A stretch of DNA of 64,000 bases, from positions 262,549-326,548 of the forward strand of contig JACKGF010000001.1 of assembly GCA_020632095.1 (NCBI GenBank), read 5' to 3'. Under the pieces are notes generated by a model. It saw only the letters and a list, made by a program, of their open reading frames with translations. It was not told where the DNA came from and searched no databases. The position numbers were made by a program, and so were the translations under genes. Positions 27,846 through 37,961 of the stretch are shown here, piece by piece (positions within the stretch are counted from its first letter, which is position 1; every line of letters begins with the position of its first letter). This stretch comes from Candidatus Nomurabacteria bacterium. GTDB taxonomy: Bacteria > Patescibacteriota > Minisyncoccia > Phycocordibacterales > UBA918.

Positions 27846-28379
27846 TTAGTTTTCAAAACCACAACTACAAACAACCTCTCTTCCACAAGATTCACACCAT
27901 AAATCATCCTCTACCTCCACAGAAGACTTTGGTGTCTCCTTCTCTTTGGAACTTGACAAATAATATTTCTGAATGGCTAGTAATCGTGCCATCGAATGAC
28001 CGCCTTTATCAATTTGTTTCAACTCCGCTACATGATTTTTATAATTTGGCATCTGCTCGGCGACCAAGCTCCAGAATTTTTCACGATGGTTTAGCTCTAC
28101 CAAATGGCACATTTCATGCACGATAATATAGTCACGCAGATGGGCGGGTAGAAACAGAATTTTGTAATTAAAGTTGAGATTTTTGAGAGAAGAACAACTT
28201 CCCCAACAACGACGTTGATTGCGAATGGCGACGCGTTTCCACGCCAGATTATAGTGTTGGTTGAAATGCGCGAGGCGCGCGAGCGTCAGCTCGCGCGCCT
28301 GTTCCTTATGCTCCAAGTAATGTTTAGTGACACTACTAGCAGTCTTACTGCGTCGCCGTTTTTTCAAAAATCCCCACAT
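27846..28379 (-). CDS. DUF45/YgjP-like (M48/SprT-like) zinc metallohydrolase with C-terminal zinc ribbon
   Basis: HEMCHLVELNH HExxH motif; C-terminal CESCGREVVCSCG. Confidence 0.65.
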   Translation of the reverse strand: MWGFLKKRRRSKTASSVTKHYLEHKEQARELTLARLAHFNQHYNLAWKRVAIRNQRRCWGSCSSLKNLNFNYKILFLPAHLRDYIIVHEMCHLVELNHREKFWSLVAEQMPNYKNHVAELKQIDKGGHSMARLLAIQKYYLSSSKEKETPKSSVEVEDDLWCESCGREVVCSCGFEN

Positions 28380-28420
28380 AATCTAAATCTTGATTGCTCG
28401 CAAATTATTAGAAAAAACAT

Positions 28421-30133
28421 CTATTTATTTTCCAACTGAAACTGCATGCGTGCCAGTCTTACCAAATTATAGTCATATTCTTCCTTGGCCGCTTCATAGA
28501 TTGGTTTTAATTTCTCCACGCCAAATTTTTCCATTGCAAAATCAAGCACCTTGCGCGCCTGTTTCCAATCAATATCGGTTGGCTCAAGATGTTTTATATC
28601 CTCGGCCTTAAGTTGACCATCCTCCACCAACTTCTCCAAATGAGTCCAAATCGTTGTATCGGTCATCGAGCGGGCTTCGGCAATATCGCGCACACTTCTC
28701 CCTTCCAACAACAAACCTTTCGTCAAAACATAAGTACTTTCAGGCTGCACTCTGGACTGAGCGTTTTTACGCACCATTCCTATCTCATCAGCTTTTGGCA
28801 GTTTACCGCCGTGTGCAACCACAAAGCGCTCGTGCATTTCCAGTACTTCAGCATCTTCCATAGCAATAAAAGCATCTTCGGCCAATTCAGATTCCTTATG
28901 AAACTTCGCGTCTTGCGCTACAATCTTCGGGTCAACTTGCAAGGCGTTCGGGTGCATCCCGAGAATTTTCAACCCATCAAACGAACGTACGCGCGACAAA
29001 GCTACATAACCTTGTCCATACACAAAAGCTTTGGACAGATCTATCTCCGCCGCATCCAGTGACATTCCTTGGCTTTTATGGACTGTAATCGCCCACGCCA
29101 AACGCAGTGGCAGCTGTTCAATCGAAGCCAGCACCTTTCCATCCTCCGCCAACTCCCAAGTAGTCGTCTTCATCAAAATTTCCTTCCCATCCATCGTCTC
29201 AATCACCGGATAACTTTCTTCAAAGCGAATCACTCGCGCCAGCGTACCGTTTACATACCCCATTTCAAAATTATTCTTGGTACACATCACCATCGCGTCT
29301 TCCTTAAGTAGTAGCATTTCCGGCGACAAACAGTTTTTTGCCAAACCTTCAATCAGCGGTTTTTTGCCCTTCCCTTCCATCTTAAATTTGTGTACGGCCC
29401 CCGGCAATTCAGACAACTTCTGCGAATTTACAGCATCAACGTCAGCATTGTGAGTATAAAGTCTAGTGGGTTCGATGTGTTCAAAAGCAATCTCTTTTTG
29501 TTCTTGAAGTAGAGTGTAGTGTTCTTCCTCGATTTCATTGCGTCTAATTGAGCCGAGCAAGCCGAGCAACATCTCATCTTCCTGTCGATACTGTTCCGTG
29601 ATATAGCAAATCAAAGGTTTCAAATTCAACCAAGCATTACACTCAAAAGCATAGCGCATCATATCACCCTGTCTGGTCACCGGTGGCAACTGGAAAAAAT
29701 CCCCGATACAAACCACCTGAATCCCACCAAAAGCCTCTTCACTTTTCCTGATTGTGCGTAGCACTTGATCCACCATATCGAGAATCTTGCCATCAAGCAT
29801 CGAGATTTCATCAATCACCAACACCTGGGCTCCCTTGGCGCGCTTCACAATTCTCTCTTTGGTCGTAATTTGCTCCAAGTCGTATGGTGTGAGCATATCC
29901 TTAATCCCCACTCCACTCCAGGAATGAATCGTCATCCCACCAATATGTGTCGCTGCGATACCAGTCGAGGCCGTCACGGCTACATTCAGCCCCGCCGCTT
30001 CAAGCCAAGCCACGTATTGATTAATCACATAAGTCTTCCCCGCCCCCGGTTCTCCAGTCAAAAATACATTCGCTCCTGTCTTCAGAATATCTAACGCTCT
30101 TTCTTGTGTCATAGCGATAAGAATACCATACAC
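28421..30133 (-). CDS. PIF1/RecD-like SF1B DNA helicase
   Basis: Walker A GEPGAGKT, motif II VIDEISM, and downstream SF1 motifs (VHKSQGMS). About 150-aa C-terminal extension. Confidence 0.7.
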   Translation of the reverse strand: MYGILIAMTQERALDILKTGANVFLTGEPGAGKTYVINQYVAWLEAAGLNVAVTASTGIAATHIGGMTIHSWSGVGIKDMLTPYDLEQITTKERIVKRAKGAQVLVIDEISMLDGKILDMVDQVLRTIRKSEEAFGGIQVVCIGDFFQLPPVTRQGDMMRYAFECNAWLNLKPLICYITEQYRQEDEMLLGLLGSIRRNEIEEEHYTLLQEQKEIAFEHIEPTRLYTHNADVDAVNSQKLSELPGAVHKFKMEGKGKKPLIEGLAKNCLSPEMLLLKEDAMVMCTKNNFEMGYVNGTLARVIRFEESYPVIETMDGKEILMKTTTWELAEDGKVLASIEQLPLRLAWAITVHKSQGMSLDAAEIDLSKAFVYGQGYVALSRVRSFDGLKILGMHPNALQVDPKIVAQDAKFHKESELAEDAFIAMEDAEVLEMHERFVVAHGGKLPKADEIGMVRKNAQSRVQPESTYVLTKGLLLEGRSVRDIAEARSMTDTTIWTHLEKLVEDGQLKAEDIKHLEPTDIDWKQARKVLDFAMEKFGVEKLKPIYEAAKEEYDYNLVRLARMQFQLENK

Positions 30134-30140
30134 ACCCCAT

Positions 30141-30162
30141 ACATTGACACTCTTGTCAATGT
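30141..30162. promoter_or_regulatory. perfect 9-bp inverted repeat ACATTGACA ctct TGTCAATGT in the divergent promoter region
   Basis: Palindrome containing TTGACA on both strands, between the helicase (minus) and the 142-aa ORF (plus). Confidence 0.4.
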
Positions 30163-30226
30163 ATGTTATTTTATGGCCTGCTTTTTTACGTTCTTAATTG
30201 TAGTACAACACTGAAGGGAAATTGTC

Positions 30227-30655
30227 GTGTCCAAAAATAAAAAACTTGCACCAAGCTTTCGAGAGACTAGCGCAGCTGCGAGAGATGCGAGGAATACGAA
30301 ACATCAGACACCCAGAATTGCAAATCTACGAGCGCTTTTTTATGAGATTGACAACTCGATAACCATGAGACTGAAGGGGTCTCAAGTGCCACACAACCAG
30401 AGTTCGTACAAACACTTCAGTAATCAGCTGTCTGAGACAGACGAACGTGACGCCGTTTTCAAGTTGTTGAATATCGCCATTCATGAATTACTCATCGACA
30501 GCTTCGACAAATTTCACGGATGTTTTGTTTTCCTAGCTGATGGTCAAGTCGCTGGAGTACTTCCACCGATAAGACCGGCTGCCGATCCTACCTTTGGCCA
30601 AAGACCGACGACCCAGAATGTCCACCGAGGTTCATTCTGCGCAACAGCTCCATAA
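30227..30655 (+). CDS. hypothetical protein
   Basis: 142-aa ORF followed by terminator 30681..30706; no family recognised. Confidence 0.3.
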   Translation: MSKNKKLAPSFRETSAAARDARNTKHQTPRIANLRALFYEIDNSITMRLKGSQVPHNQSSYKHFSNQLSETDERDAVFKLLNIAIHELLIDSFDKFHGCFVFLADGQVAGVLPPIRPAADPTFGQRPTTQNVHRGSFCATAP

Positions 30656-30715
30656 ACTGAGCAATCTTTGACTCACTCCGAAAGCCTCGTACCCACGAGG
30701 CTTTTCTAATTCCCA

Positions 30716-32635
30716 ATGTTTGGGGAAAATTATATTACTTATGTTGACAATCAGATGTATACTAAATACATGTCAACAAGTTCTTCGGCTGTGGTAAAGC
30801 GAGGTGTCACTAAGCGTGTGGCGGCCAAAAAAGCTGTCCGTAAAACCTCCATCAAAAAAACTCCGAAGAAAGTCCCCCTCAAAGCAAAAGCTATCAATAT
30901 CAAGGAAGCTGCCAAGTCTATCAAAAACACAGGCGCTATTAAGCGTAATCCTCTCGGTCACTTGCTAATGGAAAAGATGTTCCGCGAAGCTGGTTTTCGA
31001 GGTGGTATCTCCACTAAGGAATCTCTCCTCAAAGCCTACAGCACCGATGAGAGTATTTTTAGTATTCGCCCACAAGTTGTTATCCAACCAAAAAATCGAG
31101 GAGATGTTGAAATTGCTACCAAGGTAATCGCTAAAGAAACCAAACGTTTCGATTCCCTTTCCCTTACCCCAAGGGCCGCTGGTACTGGTCTTGGTGGTGG
31201 CTCGCTCACCGACTCCATCGTCATCGACATGTGCGCCCACCTAAACAAAATTGGTGAAGTAACTATCAAGAAAGACAAAATTACCTTTACAACTGAGCCG
31301 GGGGCAATGTGGCGCGATGTAGAAAAAAAATTAAAGACCCATGATGCCTACCTTCCACCCTACCCCGCCTCAAAAGATATTTGCAGTATTGGTGGCTCAG
31401 TTGGTAACAACGCCGCTGGTCCCGACTCACTTCGACACGGTCACTGCGCCGACTGGATAGAATCAATGGATGTCGTCTTGCATGACGGCTTCACCTACAC
31501 TATCAAGCCACTTTCCTACCGAGACTTCAAGACTCTCATCAAGCAAGACCATGAGTATGCCCGCATTGCCGAAAGAATTTTTAATTTAATTAGCAAAAAC
31601 GAAGCTGAGATCAAAAAGAACAAACCGGCCACTGCTAAAAACTCAGCCGGCTATCCGCTCTGGAGTGTAATACCTGAAGGAGTAGCAAAATTCAAAAAAG
31701 GTATCGGCAATTTCGATCTTACTCGCCTGATTGCTGGTAGCCAAGGCACCATTGGTATTATCACCAATCTCACCATGCGCGCCATTCCAATTCCTAAAAA
31801 CACCACCCTGATTACCATTCCAATTTTTGATTTAGAAGACGCGGCTAGCACTATCACCAAAGTACTGAAGTACAACCCAATCAACGTCGAAATTTTTGAC
31901 GCCCTCACCTTTGACCTAGCTCTACGCAACCCAAGCTTCTTTAAAGACCGTTTGGACAAAACACAATACTACCGCGTGATGTTTAACATGTACGCTACCT
32001 ATCATGTCCGCTTTGCTCGCAAAATACCTGAGTTTACAGTCTTAGTCACCCTAGACGAAGACACCACCAACGAAACAGATCCTGAAGAAATCGTAAAAGA
32101 AATTAATAGCGGTAAGGTCAAAGCCCGTGTGGTAAGGAATGCGATTGAATCTGAAATGTATTGGCAAATTCGACGTGCCAGCTACACTTTGTCAAAATTC
32201 CAAGACAAGACCAAGCGTCCGGCTGCTTTCCTCGAAGACATGACCGTCCCCCCAGAAAACTTATCTAAGTTTTTTGTGCAAATCAAACGTCTACTAAAGG
32301 AATTCAATATCACCGCCGCTGTTCATGGTCATGGTGGCAACGGACACTTCCATTTCTACCCCCTACTTGATTTCACCAGCAAAGCCACCCCCGCTCTAGT
32401 TATGAAAATGGCTGACACTTTCTTTGATACGGCCGTTAAATTCAAAGGTGATATTTGTGGCGAGCACAACGATGGTATTATCCGTACCCCTTTCCTTGAT
32501 AAAATGTTTTCTAAAAAAATGCTCGATCTGTTTAAACAAACCGAACACACTTTCGACCCTGACGACATCTTCAACCCTGGCAAAAAAGTAAACCCCCGCT
32601 TCGACATCAAAGAAACGATGCGCACTACAAATTAA
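30716..32635 (+). CDS. FAD-binding oxidoreductase (GlcD/D-lactate dehydrogenase-like, PCMH fold) with Lys-rich N-terminal extension
   Basis: AAGTGLGGGS FAD-binding motif; C-terminal FAD-oxidase domain. The true start may be internal (for example MEKMF at about 30968). Confidence 0.6.
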   Translation: MFGENYITYVDNQMYTKYMSTSSSAVVKRGVTKRVAAKKAVRKTSIKKTPKKVPLKAKAINIKEAAKSIKNTGAIKRNPLGHLLMEKMFREAGFRGGISTKESLLKAYSTDESIFSIRPQVVIQPKNRGDVEIATKVIAKETKRFDSLSLTPRAAGTGLGGGSLTDSIVIDMCAHLNKIGEVTIKKDKITFTTEPGAMWRDVEKKLKTHDAYLPPYPASKDICSIGGSVGNNAAGPDSLRHGHCADWIESMDVVLHDGFTYTIKPLSYRDFKTLIKQDHEYARIAERIFNLISKNEAEIKKNKPATAKNSAGYPLWSVIPEGVAKFKKGIGNFDLTRLIAGSQGTIGIITNLTMRAIPIPKNTTLITIPIFDLEDAASTITKVLKYNPINVEIFDALTFDLALRNPSFFKDRLDKTQYYRVMFNMYATYHVRFARKIPEFTVLVTLDEDTTNETDPEEIVKEINSGKVKARVVRNAIESEMYWQIRRASYTLSKFQDKTKRPAAFLEDMTVPPENLSKFFVQIKRLLKEFNITAAVHGHGGNGHFHFYPLLDFTSKATPALVMKMADTFFDTAVKFKGDICGEHNDGIIRTPFLDKMFSKKMLDLFKQTEHTFDPDDIFNPGKKVNPRFDIKETMRTTN

Positions 32636-32654
32636 GCTGAATCTCAAAAATAAC

Positions 32655-32682
32655 AAACCCCGCCTAGCCTCAGGCGGGGTTT
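32655..32682. terminator. rho-independent terminator
   Basis: AAACCCCGCCtagcctcaGGCGGGGTTT. Confidence 0.6.
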
Positions 32683-33063
32683 ATGGTGACCCAACAACTG
32701 GTCACGCCATTTGAGCAACGCACTCCGGCTCCTTCCAGACATCTTTCAGCTGTTGTACCACCGGAACGCCCAATGATTTCATCTGGATTGGAGTATTGGG
32801 CTTAAGCAACCTCCGTCCAGTACGAGGTATTACTTCCAGAGGAATCGGATGTTGTCCCCACAAATATGGCAAACACCCGAGGAGGAAACCTTGCAACACT
32901 AATTCCGCACAATCAGCACTGACTTTTTGCATAAAAAACCTCTTCAGAATTTAATTTTGACCTAGTTGAATATGCCCCTTAAGAACTAACTCTTGATTCC
33001 AAACATTTTTATCACATCTTGACACAAAGTCAACCTCGTGTCTGTGAACATCAGCCCTTCTTA

Positions 33064-33112
33064 CCCCCTAAGCCAGTCTTAGGGGGCTTATAACCCTAAG
33101 ACCGACTTAGGG
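33064..33112. repeat. two adjacent related hairpins of form CCCTAAG-N5-7-CTTAGGG
   Basis: CCCCCTAAGccagtCTTAGGGGG and CCCTAAGaccgaCTTAGGG, in a convergent intergenic region. Confidence 0.5.
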
Positions 33113-33156
33113 ATGATAAAGGTTTAGGGTCTTGGGAGTAACACAAAAGGTTTCTT

Positions 33157-34440
33157 TTAGGCGTTATCGCCAGCTACAAAGCCTGTACTCCAGCAAAGCT
33201 GTAAGCTGTAGCCACCAGATGGCCTTTCTATATTCAAAATGTCACCTGCCAAGTACAAATTTGGAATTATTCTAGAACCCATCGTTCTAAAATCCACCTC
33301 AGTTAACGCCACTCCGCCACTGGAAACAACCGCCTTATCAGCCCCCAACAAACCCTTTACATGGAGTGTTAATTTCTTAAGCATCTTAGCTAGACCCGCT
33401 CTATCTTCACGACTGACACTGTGTCCCGGAGTTTCCCTATCAATATTCAACAATTCCAGTACTGGAACTACTAATGAAGCTGGGACAAAGTCACTCAATA
33501 TATTTTTTAGTTTTTGATTAGATTTTTCAACCAACTGTTCCTGCAAATTTGTCCGCATCGTCCCTACATCGAGCGACGGAAATAAGTCCACTTCCAGCGT
33601 CACCTCACCTTCTTTCATCAGCTCACCCACTTGCTTACTTATATTCAAAACCATCGGTCCACTGACCCCAACGTGAGTAAATAGAATTTTACCAAATGAA
33701 GACTTCTGCTTTTTACCATCGACACAAAGTGTAATTTTAACATTCTCCAAAGAAACCCCACTTAGTCGACTCACCCATTTATCCTTAAGAGACAAGGGTA
33801 CTAAAGACATATCATTTTCAATCACAGTATGTCCAAGCTTCTCAAGCCAAACAAAACCTTCACCAGTAGAGCCAGTATCAGGCCGTGAAGTGCCGCCAGT
33901 AGCCACTACGCAGGATCGAGCTTGTACCAACTCTCTATTTGTCAAAAAAATATTAAAAACGCTAAATTGGTCGTCGCGAGTTATTTCCGATACTGTTGAC
34001 CGAGAGCGAACTTCTACTTTCTGTACCTCCAGCTCACCCACCAAAGTTTCGCGGATAGTTTCCGCCGACAAAGTTTCTGGAAACATCCGACCATGATTTT
34101 CTTCAACAAAACCTACCCCACGCTCCGCAAACCACTCAATAGTCTCAGCTACACCGTGTTGCTTAAAAGTAGAAAAAAGAAATTTTCCTGACGCCTTATA
34201 ACTACTCAACATAGTACGTACATTTGGCTTATTGTTAGTCACATTACAACGCCCACCACCGGTAATTGAAAGCTTCTTACCCAGTCGCGCATTTTTCTCC
34301 AACAACAAAACCGCCCGCCCGCGACTAGCAGCCCGTGCCGCCGCCATCATCCCCGACGGCCCACCCCCAATCACCACCACATCCCAAACTTTGTCGGTTA
34401 CAGGTTTTTTAATAAGACTATCTTCTCTAACAATTTTCAT
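33157..34440 (-). CDS. HI0933-family flavoprotein (YhiN-like NAD(P)/FAD oxidoreductase)
   Basis: VVVIGGGPSGMMAA dinucleotide motif plus GKKLSITGGGRCNVTN, characteristic of TIGR00275. Confidence 0.75.
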   Translation of the reverse strand: MKIVREDSLIKKPVTDKVWDVVVIGGGPSGMMAAARAASRGRAVLLLEKNARLGKKLSITGGGRCNVTNNKPNVRTMLSSYKASGKFLFSTFKQHGVAETIEWFAERGVGFVEENHGRMFPETLSAETIRETLVGELEVQKVEVRSRSTVSEITRDDQFSVFNIFLTNRELVQARSCVVATGGTSRPDTGSTGEGFVWLEKLGHTVIENDMSLVPLSLKDKWVSRLSGVSLENVKITLCVDGKKQKSSFGKILFTHVGVSGPMVLNISKQVGELMKEGEVTLEVDLFPSLDVGTMRTNLQEQLVEKSNQKLKNILSDFVPASLVVPVLELLNIDRETPGHSVSREDRAGLAKMLKKLTLHVKGLLGADKAVVSSGGVALTEVDFRTMGSRIIPNLYLAGDILNIERPSGGYSLQLCWSTGFVAGDNA

Positions 34441-34496
34441 TTATAAAGTATACCAGTGTTTAACAATACAACCCGTAAATTAACTAAACAAAGATT

Positions 34497-35420
34497 TTAT
34501 CGAAATACTGACGAGCCACTATCCATCTTTAACTCCAACACTAATTCCCCTTTACTGGTAAACAAATATGATTGAACTTCGCCCAACATAGCTGAGAATT
34601 CTTGCTCTTTGGAACCCTCACAAAACATCATCGTAGCAGCGATATTGCCAAATGAAATCTTGTTATCTTGCACTTCATAACTACCACCAAGCGAGTTGCA
34701 GTCTGTCTGAGCTGAAAAAGTTCCGTCATCATTAAAAGTGACTCTGAAGTCTTCTGGTTTATTTGGTACTAATTCAGTGTCGTTGTTGTAGGTAGTTTTT
34801 TGCCAATTCCACGGCTTCATGTCCAAGGTCATAACATTTTCATCAGCCTCACCTTCAAAGTCATTAGCAATCAATATCAAACGTAAACTTTCAACATCAG
34901 CTTGTAATATCAAACTTTTTTCGACTGAAGGCGGTGTGACAAAAATCTCATCCGACGAATGGTCTATGTAATTAACAATTGCTTTACCATCAGCGATAGA
35001 CAATTCCCCCGGCACAATTCTATCGCCCAACAAGACAGTATCAGTGCCCTTGTATTTACCCTCATCATTCACCGCAATGGCCGCGTAGTAAAAAGTGCCA
35101 CTACCACCTGGTTCATTAATCAACACCAACACAGCGTCTTCATCGCCGTCACCGTCAATATCCCCATAAGCCGGCTCACCAATAATTGATAGTTTGTTCT
35201 TAGTCTCAGATTCAAACGAAATATCCTTTTCAGCAAGCCCGTTGACCAAAACGAATGGTTCATTTTCAACCAAATAAGTAGCATTTTGCGGATTAGAATT
35301 TACTATTTTTGCTTCATTAATTAATGTGTCACCCACCTTGGATGTACTAACGTAAAAATAATATCCTCCAGCTAAAACCAAAGCGATTATTACTACTGAC
35401 CCTAAAAACATTTTTTTCAT
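34497..35420 (-). CDS. membrane-anchored protein with C-terminal META (HslJ-like) domain
   Basis: N-terminal transmembrane segment, DGDGDED acidic patch, and a C-terminal region with the two-Cys META/DUF306 pattern. Confidence 0.45.
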   Translation of the reverse strand: MKKMFLGSVVIIALVLAGGYYFYVSTSKVGDTLINEAKIVNSNPQNATYLVENEPFVLVNGLAEKDISFESETKNKLSIIGEPAYGDIDGDGDEDAVLVLINEPGGSGTFYYAAIAVNDEGKYKGTDTVLLGDRIVPGELSIADGKAIVNYIDHSSDEIFVTPPSVEKSLILQADVESLRLILIANDFEGEADENVMTLDMKPWNWQKTTYNNDTELVPNKPEDFRVTFNDDGTFSAQTDCNSLGGSYEVQDNKISFGNIAATMMFCEGSKEQEFSAMLGEVQSYLFTSKGELVLELKMDSGSSVFR

Positions 35421-35439
35421 ACAAATGATACCAATCCGT

Positions 35440-36492
35440 TTAACCTCTAAATATTAAGAAGACGATGTAAGCGACATAAAGAACAATAAATATTGCTCCT
35501 TGCCATCTTTCCATCGTGTGACGCCTACCAATAAATAAAGCAAAAAATAAAAGTGCGGTAGCAACAATAGTTACAATAATATCTACCGTTAACGCTGGAG
35601 AAAAAGGTAAAGGTTTTATAATTGCACTTACTCCCAAAATCCAAAAAATATTAAATATATTGGAGCCAACAATATTACCAACCGCAATGTCAACATTCTT
35701 CCTATAGGCAGCCACAGCAGAAGTAGCCAGTTCTGGTAGCGAAGTACCGATAGCGACAATCGTCAGACCAATCAAAGCCTCACTAACACCAAGATTAGTA
35801 GCAAAAGCGATCGCTCCATCCACAATCCATTTTCCACCCACCACTAGACCGACTGTACCTCCAACCACCATCAATAATGAACGAGATACCGAAACGACTT
35901 TCTCACTAGACTCTTCATCTTTAGCACTCTCCGTAGAATCGCCACTCTTAGCTAAACCAAAAATGTAGTACATGAAAATCACGAAGAACGAAATCAGTAC
36001 CAGACCGTCAATTCTAGTCAAAGCTGAAGTGGTTGCACCATCAAAATAGGCATCATTAGCCATAAATCCAAGCACAACAACTGCCAACAGCGCGAAAGGA
36101 ATTTCTTTCCAAACTGTACCTTTTTGTACCGTTAAAGGATAAATCGCGGCTGACACTCCTAAAATCAATAGTATATTCGCAATGTTACTCCCTACCACAT
36201 TACCAATAGCAATATCAGTATTTCCGTTCAAACTTGCTAAAATGTTGACCACCAACTCAGGAGCTGATGTTCCGAAGGAAACAATGGTCAATCCAATCAC
36301 CAAAGCCGAAACTCCCCACCGCCCCGCCAGAGCGGATGCTCCAGTGACCAGCCAATCCGCTCCTTTAATCAAAGCAAAAAAGCCAATAAAAAATAAGATG
36401 TATGTAAGTGTCATGATGATGATAATTGTAGCAGGTATTTGTTTTTTACTTGTAGACAATGAGAAATGATTCGGGGGACAAATTTTTTTCAA
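35440..36492 (-). CDS. Ca2+/Na+ antiporter, CaCA family (second paralog)
   Basis: GTSAPELVV and [10 protein letters not shown] alpha-repeats. Confidence 0.8.
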   Translation of the reverse strand: MKKICPPNHFSLSTSKKQIPATIIIIMTLTYILFFIGFFALIKGADWLVTGASALAGRWGVSALVIGLTIVSFGTSAPELVVNILASLNGNTDIAIGNVVGSNIANILLILGVSAAIYPLTVQKGTVWKEIPFALLAVVVLGFMANDAYFDGATTSALTRIDGLVLISFFVIFMYYIFGLAKSGDSTESAKDEESSEKVVSVSRSLLMVVGGTVGLVVGGKWIVDGAIAFATNLGVSEALIGLTIVAIGTSLPELATSAVAAYRKNVDIAVGNIVGSNIFNIFWILGVSAIIKPLPFSPALTVDIIVTIVATALLFFALFIGRRHTMERWQGAIFIVLYVAYIVFLIFRG

Positions 36493-36533
36493 AATTTGTC
36501 CCCCGAATCCCTCACTCTACTCTATCTTACTTC

Positions 36534-36935
36534 CTAGATAAAATCTATCTCAAAGCTATACATTCCCATACCACAAGAACCTCTTAATTTCGTCCCAGCA
36601 ATTTGTGGCGGAACTTCAATCTCAGTCACTCCAGTCGGCGGTAAATTCCCTTGGTATCCTAGCGCAGGAATACTTAAGGCTGAGGAACAATCAAACGTTG
36701 CCTTGGTTTCCATTTTCAGAATTGTCGGTGTATCTGCCTTAGCCTTAGAAACTCTCGGTGAATATCCTCCTTTAGCCGAAACTGTGACTACCTGCTTACC
36801 TGCTTCCTCTACAACATTTTCTACCGACGCAACATTCTTGGTCGGATCTTCATTTCCACTGGAAAACAAAACCACACCTCCGATCAAGAGACCTCCTATG
36901 ATAACTACCAAAGCAACTAACTTATTTGATTCCAT
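36534..36935 (-). CDS. secreted cupredoxin-like copper-binding protein (Cupredoxin_1-like)
   Basis: Signal/transmembrane anchor; C-terminal ...C....GSCGMGMYSFEIDFI resembles the C..gmHm.gM..G.i.V end of cupredoxin-like proteins. Last gene of the copA operon. Confidence 0.4.
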   Translation of the reverse strand: MESNKLVALVVIIGGLLIGGVVLFSSGNEDPTKNVASVENVVEEAGKQVVTVSAKGGYSPRVSKAKADTPTILKMETKATFDCSSALSIPALGYQGNLPPTGVTEIEVPPQIAGTKLRGSCGMGMYSFEIDFI

Positions 36936-36940
36936 AATGA

Positions 36941-37960
36941 CTAAAGACTAAACACCGGACTGATAATACCAGCTGCCACTAAACTATTCATTAGATTTAA
37001 TAACCCGAAGAATATCACCACTAGCCCAGCTGTTTTAAAGAAGATACTCGACTTAACTTTACTGTGTACCCCCAAAGAGCTAAACGATAGAATGGCCAAA
37101 ACTGGCAACGTACCCAAAGCAAAAGAAAACATTATCAAAGCACCAGTCATGAAGTTTTCTGATGATAAAGCTTGTATCTGCATCGCTTGAGTAAACCCAC
37201 ACGGCAGAAAAAAGGTGGCCAGACCAAGCAACATTGGCGTTAAAGTATGGTTCAACAATTTCAAGCCTTGCACATGATTACCAATAAAACTTGGTAGGGC
37301 CGGTTGAAGTTTTTTTACCCAAGGAAAGACATCTAGCAAATTAACTCCGAGAATAACCAAAATCAAACCGACTAATATTCCGAGGATCATCGTCCCAGTC
37401 ACACTAAGCTGGAAAGCCGAACCAAGCGCGCCAATTACTCCTCCCAATACAAAGAATGACACCAGTCGTCCGACATGAAACAAAATCTGTGGTCGCACTT
37501 TATCTCCCTCCTTCGCAAAGTTAGCTGAAACGGATAACACCAAGCCACCAACTACCGCCATACAACTGGACACCGAAGCGACCAGACCAATCAGGAAAGC
37601 CGAGCCATAAGTAACGTCAGAAGAAGTAATTAAATTAACTATTCCTAGCTTTTGTAATAACACAAAGAAACCAATAAAAGCTAACGCGATAGGAACTGCT
37701 TTCCAAAATTCACCCCACGCGGCTGAGTGATTTTGTTTTTCTACCGACAACTTATAACCATGCTTAGTTACTACCTCAGAAAGACTATCGGCAATTTCTT
37801 CCTCCGTCTTATCTCCAAATTCTCCGGTGATTTCAACCTGATTAAGTTTTAAAGAAGCTTTGGCTTCAGTAATATTTTGTAGGTCAGTCAATTCTCCCTC
37901 AATCAACATCGGGCAAGAAGGACAATGCATACCACTAACATGAAGTGTTATTTTTTTCAT
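36941..37960 (-). CDS. HMA-domain protein fused to polytopic DsbD_2/TauE-like membrane domain
   Basis: N-terminal GMHCPSCP heavy-metal-associated motif. Membrane domain with conserved Cys in helices (SSCMAVVGG, FFLPCGFTQ). Confidence 0.5.
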   Translation of the reverse strand: MKKITLHVSGMHCPSCPMLIEGELTDLQNITEAKASLKLNQVEITGEFGDKTEEEIADSLSEVVTKHGYKLSVEKQNHSAAWGEFWKAVPIALAFIGFFVLLQKLGIVNLITSSDVTYGSAFLIGLVASVSSCMAVVGGLVLSVSANFAKEGDKVRPQILFHVGRLVSFFVLGGVIGALGSAFQLSVTGTMILGILVGLILVILGVNLLDVFPWVKKLQPALPSFIGNHVQGLKLLNHTLTPMLLGLATFFLPCGFTQAMQIQALSSENFMTGALIMFSFALGTLPVLAILSFSSLGVHSKVKSSIFFKTAGLVVIFFGLLNLMNSLVAAGIISPVFSL

Positions 37961-37961
37961 A

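Noticed and set aside
32702-32932. 76-aa minus-strand ORF in the convergent terminator region.
   Set aside because: Lies between two terminators with no promoter or RBS, and has odd composition. Probably non-coding.
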